Of a stretch of DNA of 56,385 nt, positions 20,138 to 29,921 are shown piece by piece. Under the pieces are notes generated by a model. It was not told the origin of the DNA. It did not search any database and saw only the letters and a program-made list of their open reading frames with translations. The DNA lies in contig CAVKNZ010000005.1 in the NCBI GenBank assembly GCA_963657885.1, positions 1-56,385 on the forward strand, given 5' to 3'. The position numbers and the translations under genes were made by a program. The DNA is from Bacteroidaceae bacterium (GTDB lineage Bacteria; Bacillota_I; Bacilli_A; RFN20; CAG-826). Positions within the stretch are counted from its first letter, which is position 1, and each line of letters opens with the position of its first letter.

Positions 20138-21967
20138 TTATTTCATGGTGAATGTGAAATTAGTAACAACTGATGAAGAATATTCGCCACCAACCCAAAT
20201 AAGGTAGGCATTGGTGTATCTAGAATTTAGTTCATCATCCGCATAAGATTTGACATCAAATGCACATTCAACATCATTGACGTACATGCGGAAATAGGAA
20301 ATAGACTTTTCAATTGTTCGCGTAATCTTTACGTGATTTGTGGACAATGGATCGCTAACAACAGCTTTGGATGTTTCTAGGTATTTAGAAACAGCTCCAC
20401 TCGCATCCATTGATTGCTGGAAGTTCCATTCAGCAAAGCGAGCAATTGTAGATGTATTATCGGTTTGAATTGAGCTTCTACCAATCATGAATGAGTTGAC
20501 GCTATCCGCGGACTCATATTTGGAGAAGTTAACAGTTAAACCGGTGAAACCTGTTGCAATGTGTGATTCGTTATATTTAAGGGACTTCACGTCGAATTCA
20601 ACAGTGAAATCACCATAAACTTTTGCCTTATCACCAAGCGACATGACCTTGTGGTCTTTGTTTAATGTGGTAAGTGAATCAAATGTAAATTCTGAATCAG
20701 AATCGTAATGGACGATTGTTTCATTAGAAGAATAGAATGACTTTTTGTATTTTTCTTCTTGAAGCATCTTATCGATTTTGGCGGAATCGGCTTCATAGGT
20801 GTAATTGTAAGCTTTCACCTCTTCATCGATTGCACACATAATCGGATATGTTTCAACGCCATCATAATCAGTTGTGTTATCAAAATAATATAATTTGTCG
20901 TTAATGAGATAATAATAGTCATTGCCGTCTCTAATCATTGAAATTGTGATTGGTTTTGTGGCGTCGATATTATCAAGACCATTTTGTCCCCAGTTTTGGC
21001 TACGAGTTGTAATAGCTGGCCAAGATTCATTTGGTAATGTCTTAACAATTGTTTTTTGATAGGAATTGCCTTGTCCAGCGACTACTGGTGAGAAAAGGAA
21101 GTAACGAGTTGAGTCTTCACTTAATCCGCTTCCCAAACCAACACCTTGCCAAACCCATGTTGAATTTTGTTTTAAGATTTCAAAAGTGACAGAAGCATAA
21201 TATTTTGTACTCTTCACACCTTTAAAATATAAGGAATGATAACCAGTTGGTGTTGTATCAGAAATATAAACATATGGATTTTCTTCATCCGCTTGATGGC
21301 TTAAATCCCAATATGGTGAACCTTTGTCACTATAAAAGAAACCTTTTTTAACTTTAAAGGTAACGTTTGCAGCAACCTTAGTGTCTTGAACAGATGTAGC
21401 TGTAATTGTAACTTCGCCCTTATCAAGGAAGGCGACATAGCCAGTCTCACTAACTGAAGCAACTGAAGCATTAGAAGTTGTCCAAGTAACTAATGTTGAA
21501 GCATCTGGATCATCTGCAGTAACCCCTAATTGAAGGCTTTCATCAGTCCATTGATTTTCACTTGAATAACCTGTAATTGTTAAGCTTTTTGGAGCTTGAC
21601 TTTCTAAGACAGTAATTTCAATTGAAGCTTTGCATCTCGGTTCGATAGATAATGCTGCTGTAATTGTAACTTTGCCTGCTGAAATACCTGTTACTGTTCC
21701 TTTTTCAACTTTAGCGATACTTTCATCGCTAGAAGACCAAGTAACATCTTTTTCGGTTGTACCGGAAACGCTGCTTCGAATCAAAACAGTTTTCGAAACG
21801 TAAATTGTTGTTGAGCCAACTGCTGTTAATTTAACGCTATAAGGGCCATCATAAGTATCCGTTGTCGTCGTTGAAGTAGAACCGTCATTAGGACCGCAAG
21901 ATGAGACTCCTATAAGAGTAAATAAAGCAACTGCAGAAAGCATTATTGAGTGAATTTTTTTGTGCAT
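20138..21967 (-). CDS. Surface lipoprotein with two or three Big_2 domains; paralog of 18551-20116
   Basis: Lipobox VSSC. Repeated 'VTWSSSDESIAKVEKGTVTGISAGKVTITA'-type Big_2 modules. Confidence 0.7.
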   Translation of the reverse strand: MHKKIHSIMLSAVALFTLIGVSSCGPNDGSTSTTTTDTYDGPYSVKLTAVGSTTIYVSKTVLIRSSVSGTTEKDVTWSSSDESIAKVEKGTVTGISAGKVTITAALSIEPRCKASIEITVLESQAPKSLTITGYSSENQWTDESLQLGVTADDPDASTLVTWTTSNASVASVSETGYVAFLDKGEVTITATSVQDTKVAANVTFKVKKGFFYSDKGSPYWDLSHQADEENPYVYISDTTPTGYHSLYFKGVKSTKYYASVTFEILKQNSTWVWQGVGLGSGLSEDSTRYFLFSPVVAGQGNSYQKTIVKTLPNESWPAITTRSQNWGQNGLDNIDATKPITISMIRDGNDYYYLINDKLYYFDNTTDYDGVETYPIMCAIDEEVKAYNYTYEADSAKIDKMLQEEKYKKSFYSSNETIVHYDSDSEFTFDSLTTLNKDHKVMSLGDKAKVYGDFTVEFDVKSLKYNESHIATGFTGLTVNFSKYESADSVNSFMIGRSSIQTDNTSTIARFAEWNFQQSMDASGAVSKYLETSKAVVSDPLSTNHVKITRTIEKSISYFRMYVNDVECAFDVKSYADDELNSRYTNAYLIWVGGEYSSSVVTNFTFTMK

Positions 21968-21977
21968 AAATCCTCCT

Positions 21978-23390
21978 TTATTTGATTGTTAATCCGCTTT
22001 CTATATCGAAAACATGAACCTTATCTAAGTCATAGACAAGGCTAATGTGATCGCCGATGTTAATTAAATTTCCACCAAATATTTTGGCTTGAATCTCCGC
22101 ACCAAAATGATGAAAAAGAATGATGTATTCATTGCCTAATAATTCAACCATTTCCACTTCTACATCAATTGGAGAAGAAGGATTAGAAAGATTGTTATTG
22201 TTGGCAAGATAGAAATTTTCTGGGCGAATACCAACAAAGATATCGCCATTACCTTCATATAAAGAGGTAAAAGAAGAAAGATAATTATCTAAGCGACCTT
22301 TAATGTCTTCTTTCTCCATGACTTTTATTACTTCTTTATTTTTATGTTTAAAATTAAACAATTTCTTTTTTGGAGCGTTTATCTGTGTATTTTGTTTAAC
22401 ATAAATATTCGCGCTTTCCATTTTCTTAATAACTTCTTCGCTTAAGTTTTCACCATTTTCTAAAGCGTTAATAGAACTAATTTGATTGTTATAGAATTCC
22501 TTTGCTTTCTTTTTGAAATCAGCGCCTAATTTAAATTCATAATCATCGGAGTGAACATGATAATCGTCCATCTTAACGCGAATAATATTCATCGATGGAG
22601 AACCAATAAATGTGGCAACAAATAAATTGCTTGGATTGTTATAAATATCAATTGGTCTTCCACATTGTTGAATAAATCCCTTATTCATAACAACGATGCG
22701 GTTAGCCATTGTCATTGCTTCAGTTTGATCATGCGTAACATAAATTGTTGTCGCTTTTACTTCACGATGAATGCGAATAATTTCGCTTCTCATTTGTACG
22801 CGCAATTTCGCGTCTAAGTTTGATAATGGTTCATCCATTAAGAAAACACGCGCTTGACGAACGATGGCTCTTCCAAGGGCCACGCGTTGCATTTGCCCGC
22901 CAGAGAGCATTTTCGGTTTTCTATCTAATAATTCACCTAGATTTAAAATCTTAGCCGCGGCAAAAACGCGTTCTTGAATTTGCTCTTTTGGAAGATGACG
23001 CATCTTTAAACCAAAGGCGATATTGTCATATACATTCATCTGAGGATATAACGCATAGCTTTGGAAAACCATGGCTATATCACGGTCTTTACTAGGTAAA
23101 TAATTAGAATAAACCTTATCAATAAATAGAGAACCGCTGGAAATATCTTCTAAGCCAGCAATCATTCTTAATGTAGTTGATTTACCGCATCCAGAAGGGC
23201 CAACTAAGGCGATAAATTCTTGCGGTTTCACATCTAAATTAAAATCGTAAACAGCCTGGAAACCATTTGGGTAAACCTTATTAATATTTTGAAGAGATAC
23301 AAAGTCAGTTAAAGAATCATCAACTAAACGATTATTATTTTTCTTTAAATAATTATCTGCTTCTTTTTTATCCATCTTTTGGTTAATCAT
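21978..23390 (-). CDS. Sugar ABC transporter ATP-binding protein (MsmK/UgpC-like) with N-terminal extension and large insertion
   Basis: Walker A GPSGCGKST, signature LSGGQMQR and Walker B VFLMDEPLS. About 90 extra residues lie between the NBD and the C-terminal regulatory domain. Confidence 0.85.
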   Translation of the reverse strand: MINQKMDKKEADNYLKKNNNRLVDDSLTDFVSLQNINKVYPNGFQAVYDFNLDVKPQEFIALVGPSGCGKSTTLRMIAGLEDISSGSLFIDKVYSNYLPSKDRDIAMVFQSYALYPQMNVYDNIAFGLKMRHLPKEQIQERVFAAAKILNLGELLDRKPKMLSGGQMQRVALGRAIVRQARVFLMDEPLSNLDAKLRVQMRSEIIRIHREVKATTIYVTHDQTEAMTMANRIVVMNKGFIQQCGRPIDIYNNPSNLFVATFIGSPSMNIIRVKMDDYHVHSDDYEFKLGADFKKKAKEFYNNQISSINALENGENLSEEVIKKMESANIYVKQNTQINAPKKKLFNFKHKNKEVIKVMEKEDIKGRLDNYLSSFTSLYEGNGDIFVGIRPENFYLANNNNLSNPSSPIDVEVEMVELLGNEYIILFHHFGAEIQAKIFGGNLINIGDHISLVYDLDKVHVFDIESGLTIK

Positions 23391-23403
23391 ATTTGTCTCC
23401 TTT

Positions 23404-24291
23404 CTAACGTTTAATGCCTGTATTTGCTACACCTTCAATAATTTTTGATTGAGCAAATAAGAAGACAATCAAAATTGGAATCATAGCGATAACTGCACTA
23501 GCAAGAACTAGAGTTATTGATTCATAGGATTGTGAATTATCTGATATTACTTTTAAGCCATAGGCAAGTGTCCAAGTTGAACGCGGAGCATTGCCAATGA
23601 TTAATTGAGCCCATTGCACATCATTCCACGCGCCCATAAAGCCAAATAAGCCTTGCACAAATAATGCTGATTTGCCTAAAGGCAATACAACATGGAAGAA
23701 AATCTTTAAATTGCTCGCTCCATCCATCCTTGCATTTTCAATTAAATCGCGCGGAATATTAGAGAAGAATTGGCGGATAAGGAAGACACCATAAACACCA
23801 CCTAAACCAGGAATAATAAGACCTACTAAGCTCTTATATGCGCCTAATAAATTCATATTAATTAATTGAGGTGTTGTAGAAATAATTCCTGGGATAGTCA
23901 TCGTGGCAATGAGGAAATAGAAAATCTTGTCATGCCATTTAAAATCTAAGAATGTAAAAGCGTAAGCCGCTAAAGAGGCAATAACTAAATAAAGAAGTGT
24001 TCCTCCAATAGAAACAATTAAAGAATTGAATAGCCAATTCCAAATTGGAAAATATTCGTTTGCTCTTGCAGGATCATAAACAGTTTTTGAAAACAATGCT
24101 TTGTAGCCATCAAGCGTAAAAGCGTCCCAATTGCTAGGAAAGAAACTTTTTGGATTGCTAGCAAAATCACTGCTTGCCCTGAAACTGCCAAAAACTCCCC
24201 AAATAATTGGAAGAAGCATTATAAAGCACACAATAGTGAGAACGATAAATGCAATGACTTTAGTTGTTTTCTTTCCACGCGAGGAATTCAT
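23404..24291 (-). CDS. Carbohydrate ABC transporter permease
   Basis: EAA-loop ENARMDGASNLKIFFHVVLP and 6 TM segments. Confidence 0.85.
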   Translation of the reverse strand: MNSSRGKKTTKVIAFIVLTIVCFIMLLPIIWGVFGSFRASSDFASNPKSFFPSNWDAFTLDGYKALFSKTVYDPARANEYFPIWNWLFNSLIVSIGGTLLYLVIASLAAYAFTFLDFKWHDKIFYFLIATMTIPGIISTTPQLINMNLLGAYKSLVGLIIPGLGGVYGVFLIRQFFSNIPRDLIENARMDGASNLKIFFHVVLPLGKSALFVQGLFGFMGAWNDVQWAQLIIGNAPRSTWTLAYGLKVISDNSQSYESITLVLASAVIAMIPILIVFLFAQSKIIEGVANTGIKR

Positions 24292-25231
24292 CTTTATGCC
24301 TATGTCCTACCTTTCTTTCTTTGTCTAATCTGAGTTGTAAAATAGCAATTACGATGATGATTAGCCCAAGCATAATTGCCATTGCAGCTGCATAACCATA
24401 TCCTTTAGAAGAACCGGTTAAAATATCTTGAATGCGGTAAACCGCGCTTTTAAAATCGGGATTTGTATTATCACTAGCTAAAATAAAGAGTTGTCCATAG
24501 ACGTTCATATAGCCAATAAAGGTAGTAAATAAAACTAAAAATAATTGCGATCTTATGCCAGGTAATGTGACATGGATAAATTTTGACCATGTTCCACATC
24601 CATCTACATTTGCCGCTTCATAAAGTGTCTTATCAACATTCTCAAGTCCTGCACACAATATGATAAAATTGCCGCCAATTCCACACCAAATGCAAAAAAA
24701 GCCAACCATGAACCAAGTCGCATAATAATCGCCAAACCAATCGACTGTAATATTAAAGAAATTATTAATCCAACCGTATTGATAGGCAAACATTCTTAAT
24801 AAAATTAAGCCTGTCGCGGTCAATGGGAAAATGCCCGGGACATAGATTAGTGCTCTAAAAACTTTATAACCTTTGCATTTAGTGTTAATCAATAATGCTA
24901 ATCCTAATGGAATTAATATTGATAAAGGAACGATGCATAAACAGAATTTAATTGTTACCCATACGCTATTCCAAAAATCCCTTGCGACAACGCTATCTGA
25001 GAATAAAATAGTGAAATTTTTAAAACCGACAAAAGAAGATGGAAACATTGATTTTCCATCAAAACCAGAGAAAGCAATGACAATGCCAAGGACTAATGGG
25101 AAAATGAAAAACATGACAAAGCAAATTGTATAAGGTCCTAAGAAGCCGGCGACATTAAGGCCTTTACGCACGGCATTCTTATTGCGCTCCTTCCTAGAAG
25201 CGTATTCTAATAAATCTACTTCTTTAGTCAT
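24260..25231 (-). CDS. Carbohydrate ABC transporter permease
   Basis: EAA-loop EAANVDGCGTWSKFIHVTLPG and multi-TM topology. Confidence 0.85.
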   Translation of the reverse strand: MTKEVDLLEYASRKERNKNAVRKGLNVAGFLGPYTICFVMFFIFPLVLGIVIAFSGFDGKSMFPSSFVGFKNFTILFSDSVVARDFWNSVWVTIKFCLCIVPLSILIPLGLALLINTKCKGYKVFRALIYVPGIFPLTATGLILLRMFAYQYGWINNFFNITVDWFGDYYATWFMVGFFCIWCGIGGNFIILCAGLENVDKTLYEAANVDGCGTWSKFIHVTLPGIRSQLFLVLFTTFIGYMNVYGQLFILASDNTNPDFKSAVYRIQDILTGSSKGYGYAAAMAIMLGLIIIVIAILQLRLDKERKVGHRHKDEFLAWKENN

Positions 25232-25259
25232 GTTTTTATCTTTTAATTAAAACTGTTAA

Positions 25260-26750
25260 TTATGCGTATAATTCGATATATCCTTTGCAATCGTCATATT
25301 GTTTTTGAACAATATCAGTAATGCTTTGGCTTCTATTAGCGTTAGCCATTGCCTGTTGAACACATGTTTTAAAATATGAATCAATATAGGAATAATATTT
25401 GGTTGGAGGAACGACTACATAATCATCTGGTGTTCCCCAATATTTAACATATGATTCATAAGCTGGATCAGATTTAAATTCACTCGAATTAGCAACTGAT
25501 TTAACTGCAGGAATATGACCGCTCTTCGCCCATGTAATTCCACCAAAATAAGATAAGTAATCAGCAAATACAGCCGCGGCACATGCCTTGGTTTGGCTAG
25601 TGACACATTTTGTTAGCATTAATGAGTGTCCTTCGCCTTTAATTTTGCTCGCATAAGATTTTGTTGTATCTAAAGCAAACATGTTAGAAAGATTTCTAGT
25701 TGTAATGTTATTTGCTCCGCCGTCTTTTGCTAAAAGAATTTCAAAATCATTGCAATCTTTAGTATATGTCCATGGTCCTTGCAATTTGAAAATGCAAGTT
25801 CCTGCTTTAAATGGAGCATCACCAACATCGTAGTCAGTGCCATAAGATTTGCTTAAAGCATATTCATTTTTGGAAGATGAATCTGGCCACATCCAATTTC
25901 TTAACACTTGCAAACCAGTAACAGTTTCCTTGCTGTTCCATCCAGGCATACCATCGCTAGAAACAAATGTTGCACCGTTTTGATAAGCTGCGGTATAACC
26001 AACAAATTCATGAACCCACATATCGCCATAAGCGATTGGGAAAATGGTGTAATCTTCAGCAGTGCTTGCTAAACGCCATTCCGTCGCTGGTTTGTTTTCA
26101 CTATTTTCTCCACGAATCCAGAATTCACCTTTGCGTGCTTTTTCCACTACCGTTTTGCTTAAAGCACACAATTCTTGATAATTTGTCGGAATAGATAAGC
26201 CATTCTTTTGCAAAATATCAACGCGCACTTCCATCATTGTGCTATGCACATCGATTGGAGTGGCATACATCATACTATCAACAGTTGTTGCATCTAATAA
26301 AGAAGTAACATAATCATCTTTATCTAAAGCAATATTAGCTTTTTCGTAATATTTTTCTATTGGATATAGCCAATCACGATCTTTGTATTCGCTAACGCGG
26401 TTACCGTGATTAAAAAGAATATCAGGTCCGTTCGCACGATCAAATTGCATCGTGGAAGTTAAATTAGTCTCTAAATCATAACGAGATGTATGTTCAGCAG
26501 TAACTTTAATTTGGCCTTTATATAGTTCGTTAAATTTAGCGATGATAGAATCTTGAACATTCGCGTCATCGCCAGTTGTAACTGTCCATAATTTAAGTTC
26601 AACGTTGTTATAAATAACGTCGCCGTTATCATCGCGGATGATATCGCCTTCGTCATCAATATCAATATCGCTAGATGTGTTGCCGTTACAGCCTGCTAAT
26701 GTAGCTAAGCTAAATGCCAGCAAAATGGAAGATGCAATTTTTCTTTTCAT
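25260..26750 (-). CDS. ABC transporter extracellular solute-binding lipoprotein (sugar/oligosaccharide)
   Basis: Lipobox LAGC. Size and position at the head of the permease genes. Confidence 0.75.
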   Translation of the reverse strand: MKRKIASSILLAFSLATLAGCNGNTSSDIDIDDEGDIIRDDNGDVIYNNVELKLWTVTTGDDANVQDSIIAKFNELYKGQIKVTAEHTSRYDLETNLTSTMQFDRANGPDILFNHGNRVSEYKDRDWLYPIEKYYEKANIALDKDDYVTSLLDATTVDSMMYATPIDVHSTMMEVRVDILQKNGLSIPTNYQELCALSKTVVEKARKGEFWIRGENSENKPATEWRLASTAEDYTIFPIAYGDMWVHEFVGYTAAYQNGATFVSSDGMPGWNSKETVTGLQVLRNWMWPDSSSKNEYALSKSYGTDYDVGDAPFKAGTCIFKLQGPWTYTKDCNDFEILLAKDGGANNITTRNLSNMFALDTTKSYASKIKGEGHSLMLTKCVTSQTKACAAAVFADYLSYFGGITWAKSGHIPAVKSVANSSEFKSDPAYESYVKYWGTPDDYVVVPPTKYYSYIDSYFKTCVQQAMANANRSQSITDIVQKQYDDCKGYIELYA

Positions 26751-26761
26751 ATTAAAGCTCC

Positions 26762-27961
26762 TTAAACTTTGTAAACTGTTGGTCCTGCTTGAAGAGTACC
26801 AACTGATGCAACTCTATTTTTTACATATGGGAATCCATTTTCATCCCAAAGGATCTTATCCATAAATGGAATACGATCCTTATTGTAATCACTATGAATA
26901 TTAAAGCCGTGATAGATAATCCAATATTCACCTGCGTTATCTTTCACAATTGTGTGGTGTCCTGTTCCAGCCACATTTTCATCTGGTCCGATAACTAAAT
27001 CGCCATAACTTCCTTCGCTATCGGTGATAGTTTTACCATCACTTCCATAATATGGACCAAAGAAATCATCAGAGACACCAACTTTAACACGATATGTTGA
27101 ATCTAATCCGTTTAAGCAAGTTCCCTGTGAACCCATAAAGAAATATTTACCATCATGTTCAATAACATAACTGCCTTCAAAATTAACATCGACATCCATT
27201 CCTTCATCACCACGATTGTTATCAACAATATAGGTAACGTGATCTTTTAAATTATCAAATCCATAGAATGGTTCAGTGCCATCATCAGTTAGTTGAACAC
27301 AGCCGATGCCGAAGAAACTTCCCCAAATTAAATAGAGATCTTCACCGACATATATTGCTTGAGGATCGATGCCGTTACGGACTCCGGTCATATTTTGATC
27401 AAATAATTTTTTGTAATGTTTCCACGGCCCAACTGGAGAATCACCAACTGCAAGACCAATGCCTGGGTTAGAATCGCCCCAAGATGATAATGAATAATAA
27501 TAATTGTATTTATTTCCAACTTTTAAGACAGAAGGAGCCCAAACACCTGCTCCACTAGTTCCCCAAGTTGAAGCTCCGGCGTTGCCTTCAAAGACATTTC
27601 CAGCATATTGCCAATCATGTAAATTAGAAGATTTAAAAATTGGGCCAAGAACAAATTTCATGTTGCCATTTTGATCTTCGACATTACAATTTGTGCAATA
27701 CATATACCAATAATTGTCATCACCTTGGATAACATCGGGGTCGCACGCGGATACGTCATAGACATTTCCATCAATTTTATAGAAATTCAAAGGATTAGAA
27801 TATGTAGTCGTAACTAGAGAAGGGGTTTCGCTAGTTGAATCACTTGTTGAGGAAGTCGAATTAGTGGAGCCTGTATCAATGGTTGATGAACTATTATTAC
27901 AAGCAACACAACTTGATAAAGCAACGATTAAGGCAGGAATAAATTTAAATAATTTTTTCAT
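26762..27961 (-). CDS. GH43 lipoprotein (secreted); tandem paralog of 27965-29137
   Basis: Lipobox LSSC and a Ser/Thr linker. DPDVI…YYMYCT, GAGVWAPSV, and FEGSY with the catalytic Glu. Confidence 0.75.
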   Translation of the reverse strand: MKKLFKFIPALIVALSSCVACNNSSSTIDTGSTNSTSSTSDSTSETPSLVTTTYSNPLNFYKIDGNVYDVSACDPDVIQGDDNYWYMYCTNCNVEDQNGNMKFVLGPIFKSSNLHDWQYAGNVFEGNAGASTWGTSGAGVWAPSVLKVGNKYNYYYSLSSWGDSNPGIGLAVGDSPVGPWKHYKKLFDQNMTGVRNGIDPQAIYVGEDLYLIWGSFFGIGCVQLTDDGTEPFYGFDNLKDHVTYIVDNNRGDEGMDVDVNFEGSYVIEHDGKYFFMGSQGTCLNGLDSTYRVKVGVSDDFFGPYYGSDGKTITDSEGSYGDLVIGPDENVAGTGHHTIVKDNAGEYWIIYHGFNIHSDYNKDRIPFMDKILWDENGFPYVKNRVASVGTLQAGPTVYKV

Positions 27962-27964
27962 AAA

Positions 27965-29137
27965 TTAATTTTCTTCCAAAGATTTGATATAAGGCCCTGG
28001 CATTTCAGTTTCATTGCTAGCAAGCGTTGTGCCGTTAACTACAGGCATACTCGTTTCCTTGCTCCAATATAAAACATCACAATATAAAACGCGGGAATTT
28101 TCATATGATGAACCAGGATTATAGCCGTGATAATACATCCAGTAATTGTTATTTTCGTCTTGGATAACTGCGCAGTGGCCAACACCCATCGCACTTCCTT
28201 GTGTTGGAACAACAACAAGATCGCCACGATTAGGATGGAACATATCTCTGCCTTTAGAATCTAAATATGGTCCGGTGAGTTTTTCGCTACGACACACAAC
28301 AACGTGGTAGGAGGATTTAACACCGCTGCAGCATGTGCCAGTTGACAAGAATAAATAATAATAGCCATCTTTCTTCATAATGAAGGAGGCTTCATAATTC
28401 TCCATTGCGTATGTTTCAAAACCAGCAAGAGCGACTTTATTTTCTTTTTGATATTCGACGCCATTTTTAAGCGATAATCCATCATCTTCAAGTTCAATAA
28501 GGCTGATGAGACCGCCATAAGAGCCAAAAACCATATAAACCTTGCCATCATCAGTAAAGACATGTGGATCAATAGAATTTGTTACGCCGATTTCGTTTGA
28601 GAAGAATAATTTTCCTTTATGTTCCCAAGGTCCATAAGGGGTTGATGATGTTGCAACACCAATACCTGGATTTGTATCTCCTCCCGTAGAAAGAGAATAA
28701 TAATAATTCCAATGGTCGCCGAGTTTTACAACTGTTGGAGCCCAAACACCTGCTCCACTTGTTCCCCAATTTGGATTGTAATCAGAAAATACATTTCCGC
28801 GATATGTCCAATTAACCATATCAGTTGAATGGAAAATTGGTCCTCTAACAAATTGATATGTTGGAGTGTAAACATCTGTTTGAGTGCAATATAAATAATA
28901 ATCAGAACCATCTTTAACAATGTATGGATCGGCCATATATGTTGGCTTCTTCTCGCCATTAACAATTGGATTGATTGGATTTGTGTAATTATTATGAGTC
29001 CCCAAAACAGGTTCAACATAACCACTATCATCGGTTGATGTTGAAATTATTTCACTTGAGGAAGCATTATCATTATTGCACGCACATAAAAGCAAGCATG
29101 TTAGTGAGAGCAAAGTTACTGATAAATGCGCTTTCAT
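27965..29137 (-). CDS. GH43 lipoprotein (secreted)
   Basis: Lipobox LLCAC. ADPYIV…YYLYCT, GAGVWAPTV and YEASF. Confidence 0.75.
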   Translation of the reverse strand: MKAHLSVTLLSLTCLLLCACNNDNASSSEIISTSTDDSGYVEPVLGTHNNYTNPINPIVNGEKKPTYMADPYIVKDGSDYYLYCTQTDVYTPTYQFVRGPIFHSTDMVNWTYRGNVFSDYNPNWGTSGAGVWAPTVVKLGDHWNYYYSLSTGGDTNPGIGVATSSTPYGPWEHKGKLFFSNEIGVTNSIDPHVFTDDGKVYMVFGSYGGLISLIELEDDGLSLKNGVEYQKENKVALAGFETYAMENYEASFIMKKDGYYYLFLSTGTCCSGVKSSYHVVVCRSEKLTGPYLDSKGRDMFHPNRGDLVVVPTQGSAMGVGHCAVIQDENNNYWMYYHGYNPGSSYENSRVLYCDVLYWSKETSMPVVNGTTLASNETEMPGPYIKSLEEN

Positions 29138-29153
29138 ACCCTTTATTAACCCT

Positions 29154-29169
29154 ACTATAACGTTATAGT
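29154..29169. promoter_or_regulatory. Perfect 16-bp palindrome ACTATAACGTTATAGT: candidate LacI-family operator at the head of the glycan operon
   Basis: The sequence is self-complementary with a central CG, as in LacI/CcpA-type operators. It lies 17 nt upstream of the first gene's start (29137). Confidence 0.5.
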
Positions 29170-29422
29170 TGAATTATTGCAACATGAAAATAATGAAAAT
29201 TTTTGAAAGAAGGGAACCGCTTACAAAATATGCTGAAAAATGCTCTTTTTCATCGTTTAACGTAACAATGCAAGAGTCTTTGCTGTAGATAAATTTCAAT
29301 ATTCCAATATCCGTATTAAGAATTAACACAAGAAAGTTGAATAAAAAAAGATTGCTTAAGGTTATTTGCAAGCAAATAGGCTTAGTGTATTAAATATTAC
29401 TGCTAATTTGATTGATTAATAT

Positions 29423-29920
29423 TTATCGTATTTTCTTCCATGCTTTATAGATTTCTTTTTCTATCTCATTTCCGTATTTTCTAACGAGTTCATCGTTAGT
29501 GATTCCAAAAGGAATATTTTTAATACCTCCGTATCTTCTAATGACTAAAGAACGCAAATCATAAACAAATGACTGTTCGTAAAACCAGGCCTCGTTTTTT
29601 AATACAGTTTTGTCAGCTTTATCTAGAAAATCAATTATTCGCTTTTCAATTGTTGGAACCGATTCAAATTCATTATATATGTCGTAATGAATATTAGAGG
29701 TATAATAGCCCCACTCCGGACTTTCAAGGCCATACTTAAAACGGCTAAAGCTTGTAAATAATTCATCAGATATTGTTTTATATTCTTGAGCCTTTTTAAT
29801 CTTTAAAAGATATCCATAGTAATTATCAGTAAACGGATTAAGGTTACCGTTACTTCTATAATATTTTATATCTTTATCGAACCATTTCATTTCTGAAAAT
29901 GAAGTAAATTTGCTGTCCAT
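29423..29920 (-). CDS. Hypothetical protein (last gene of the island's left arm)
   Basis: 165-aa ORF whose ATG lies 2 nt after the upstream gene's stop. No motif recognised. Confidence 0.6.
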   Translation of the reverse strand: MDSKFTSFSEMKWFDKDIKYYRSNGNLNPFTDNYYGYLLKIKKAQEYKTISDELFTSFSRFKYGLESPEWGYYTSNIHYDIYNEFESVPTIEKRIIDFLDKADKTVLKNEAWFYEQSFVYDLRSLVIRRYGGIKNIPFGITNDELVRKYGNEIEKEIYKAWKKIR

Positions 29921-29921
29921 T

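Noticed and set aside
29174-29371. 65-aa ORF in the gap between the glycan locus and the island
   Set aside because: It has no SD and a hydrophobic, low-complexity translation. It spans the promoter/operator region, so it is likely spurious.
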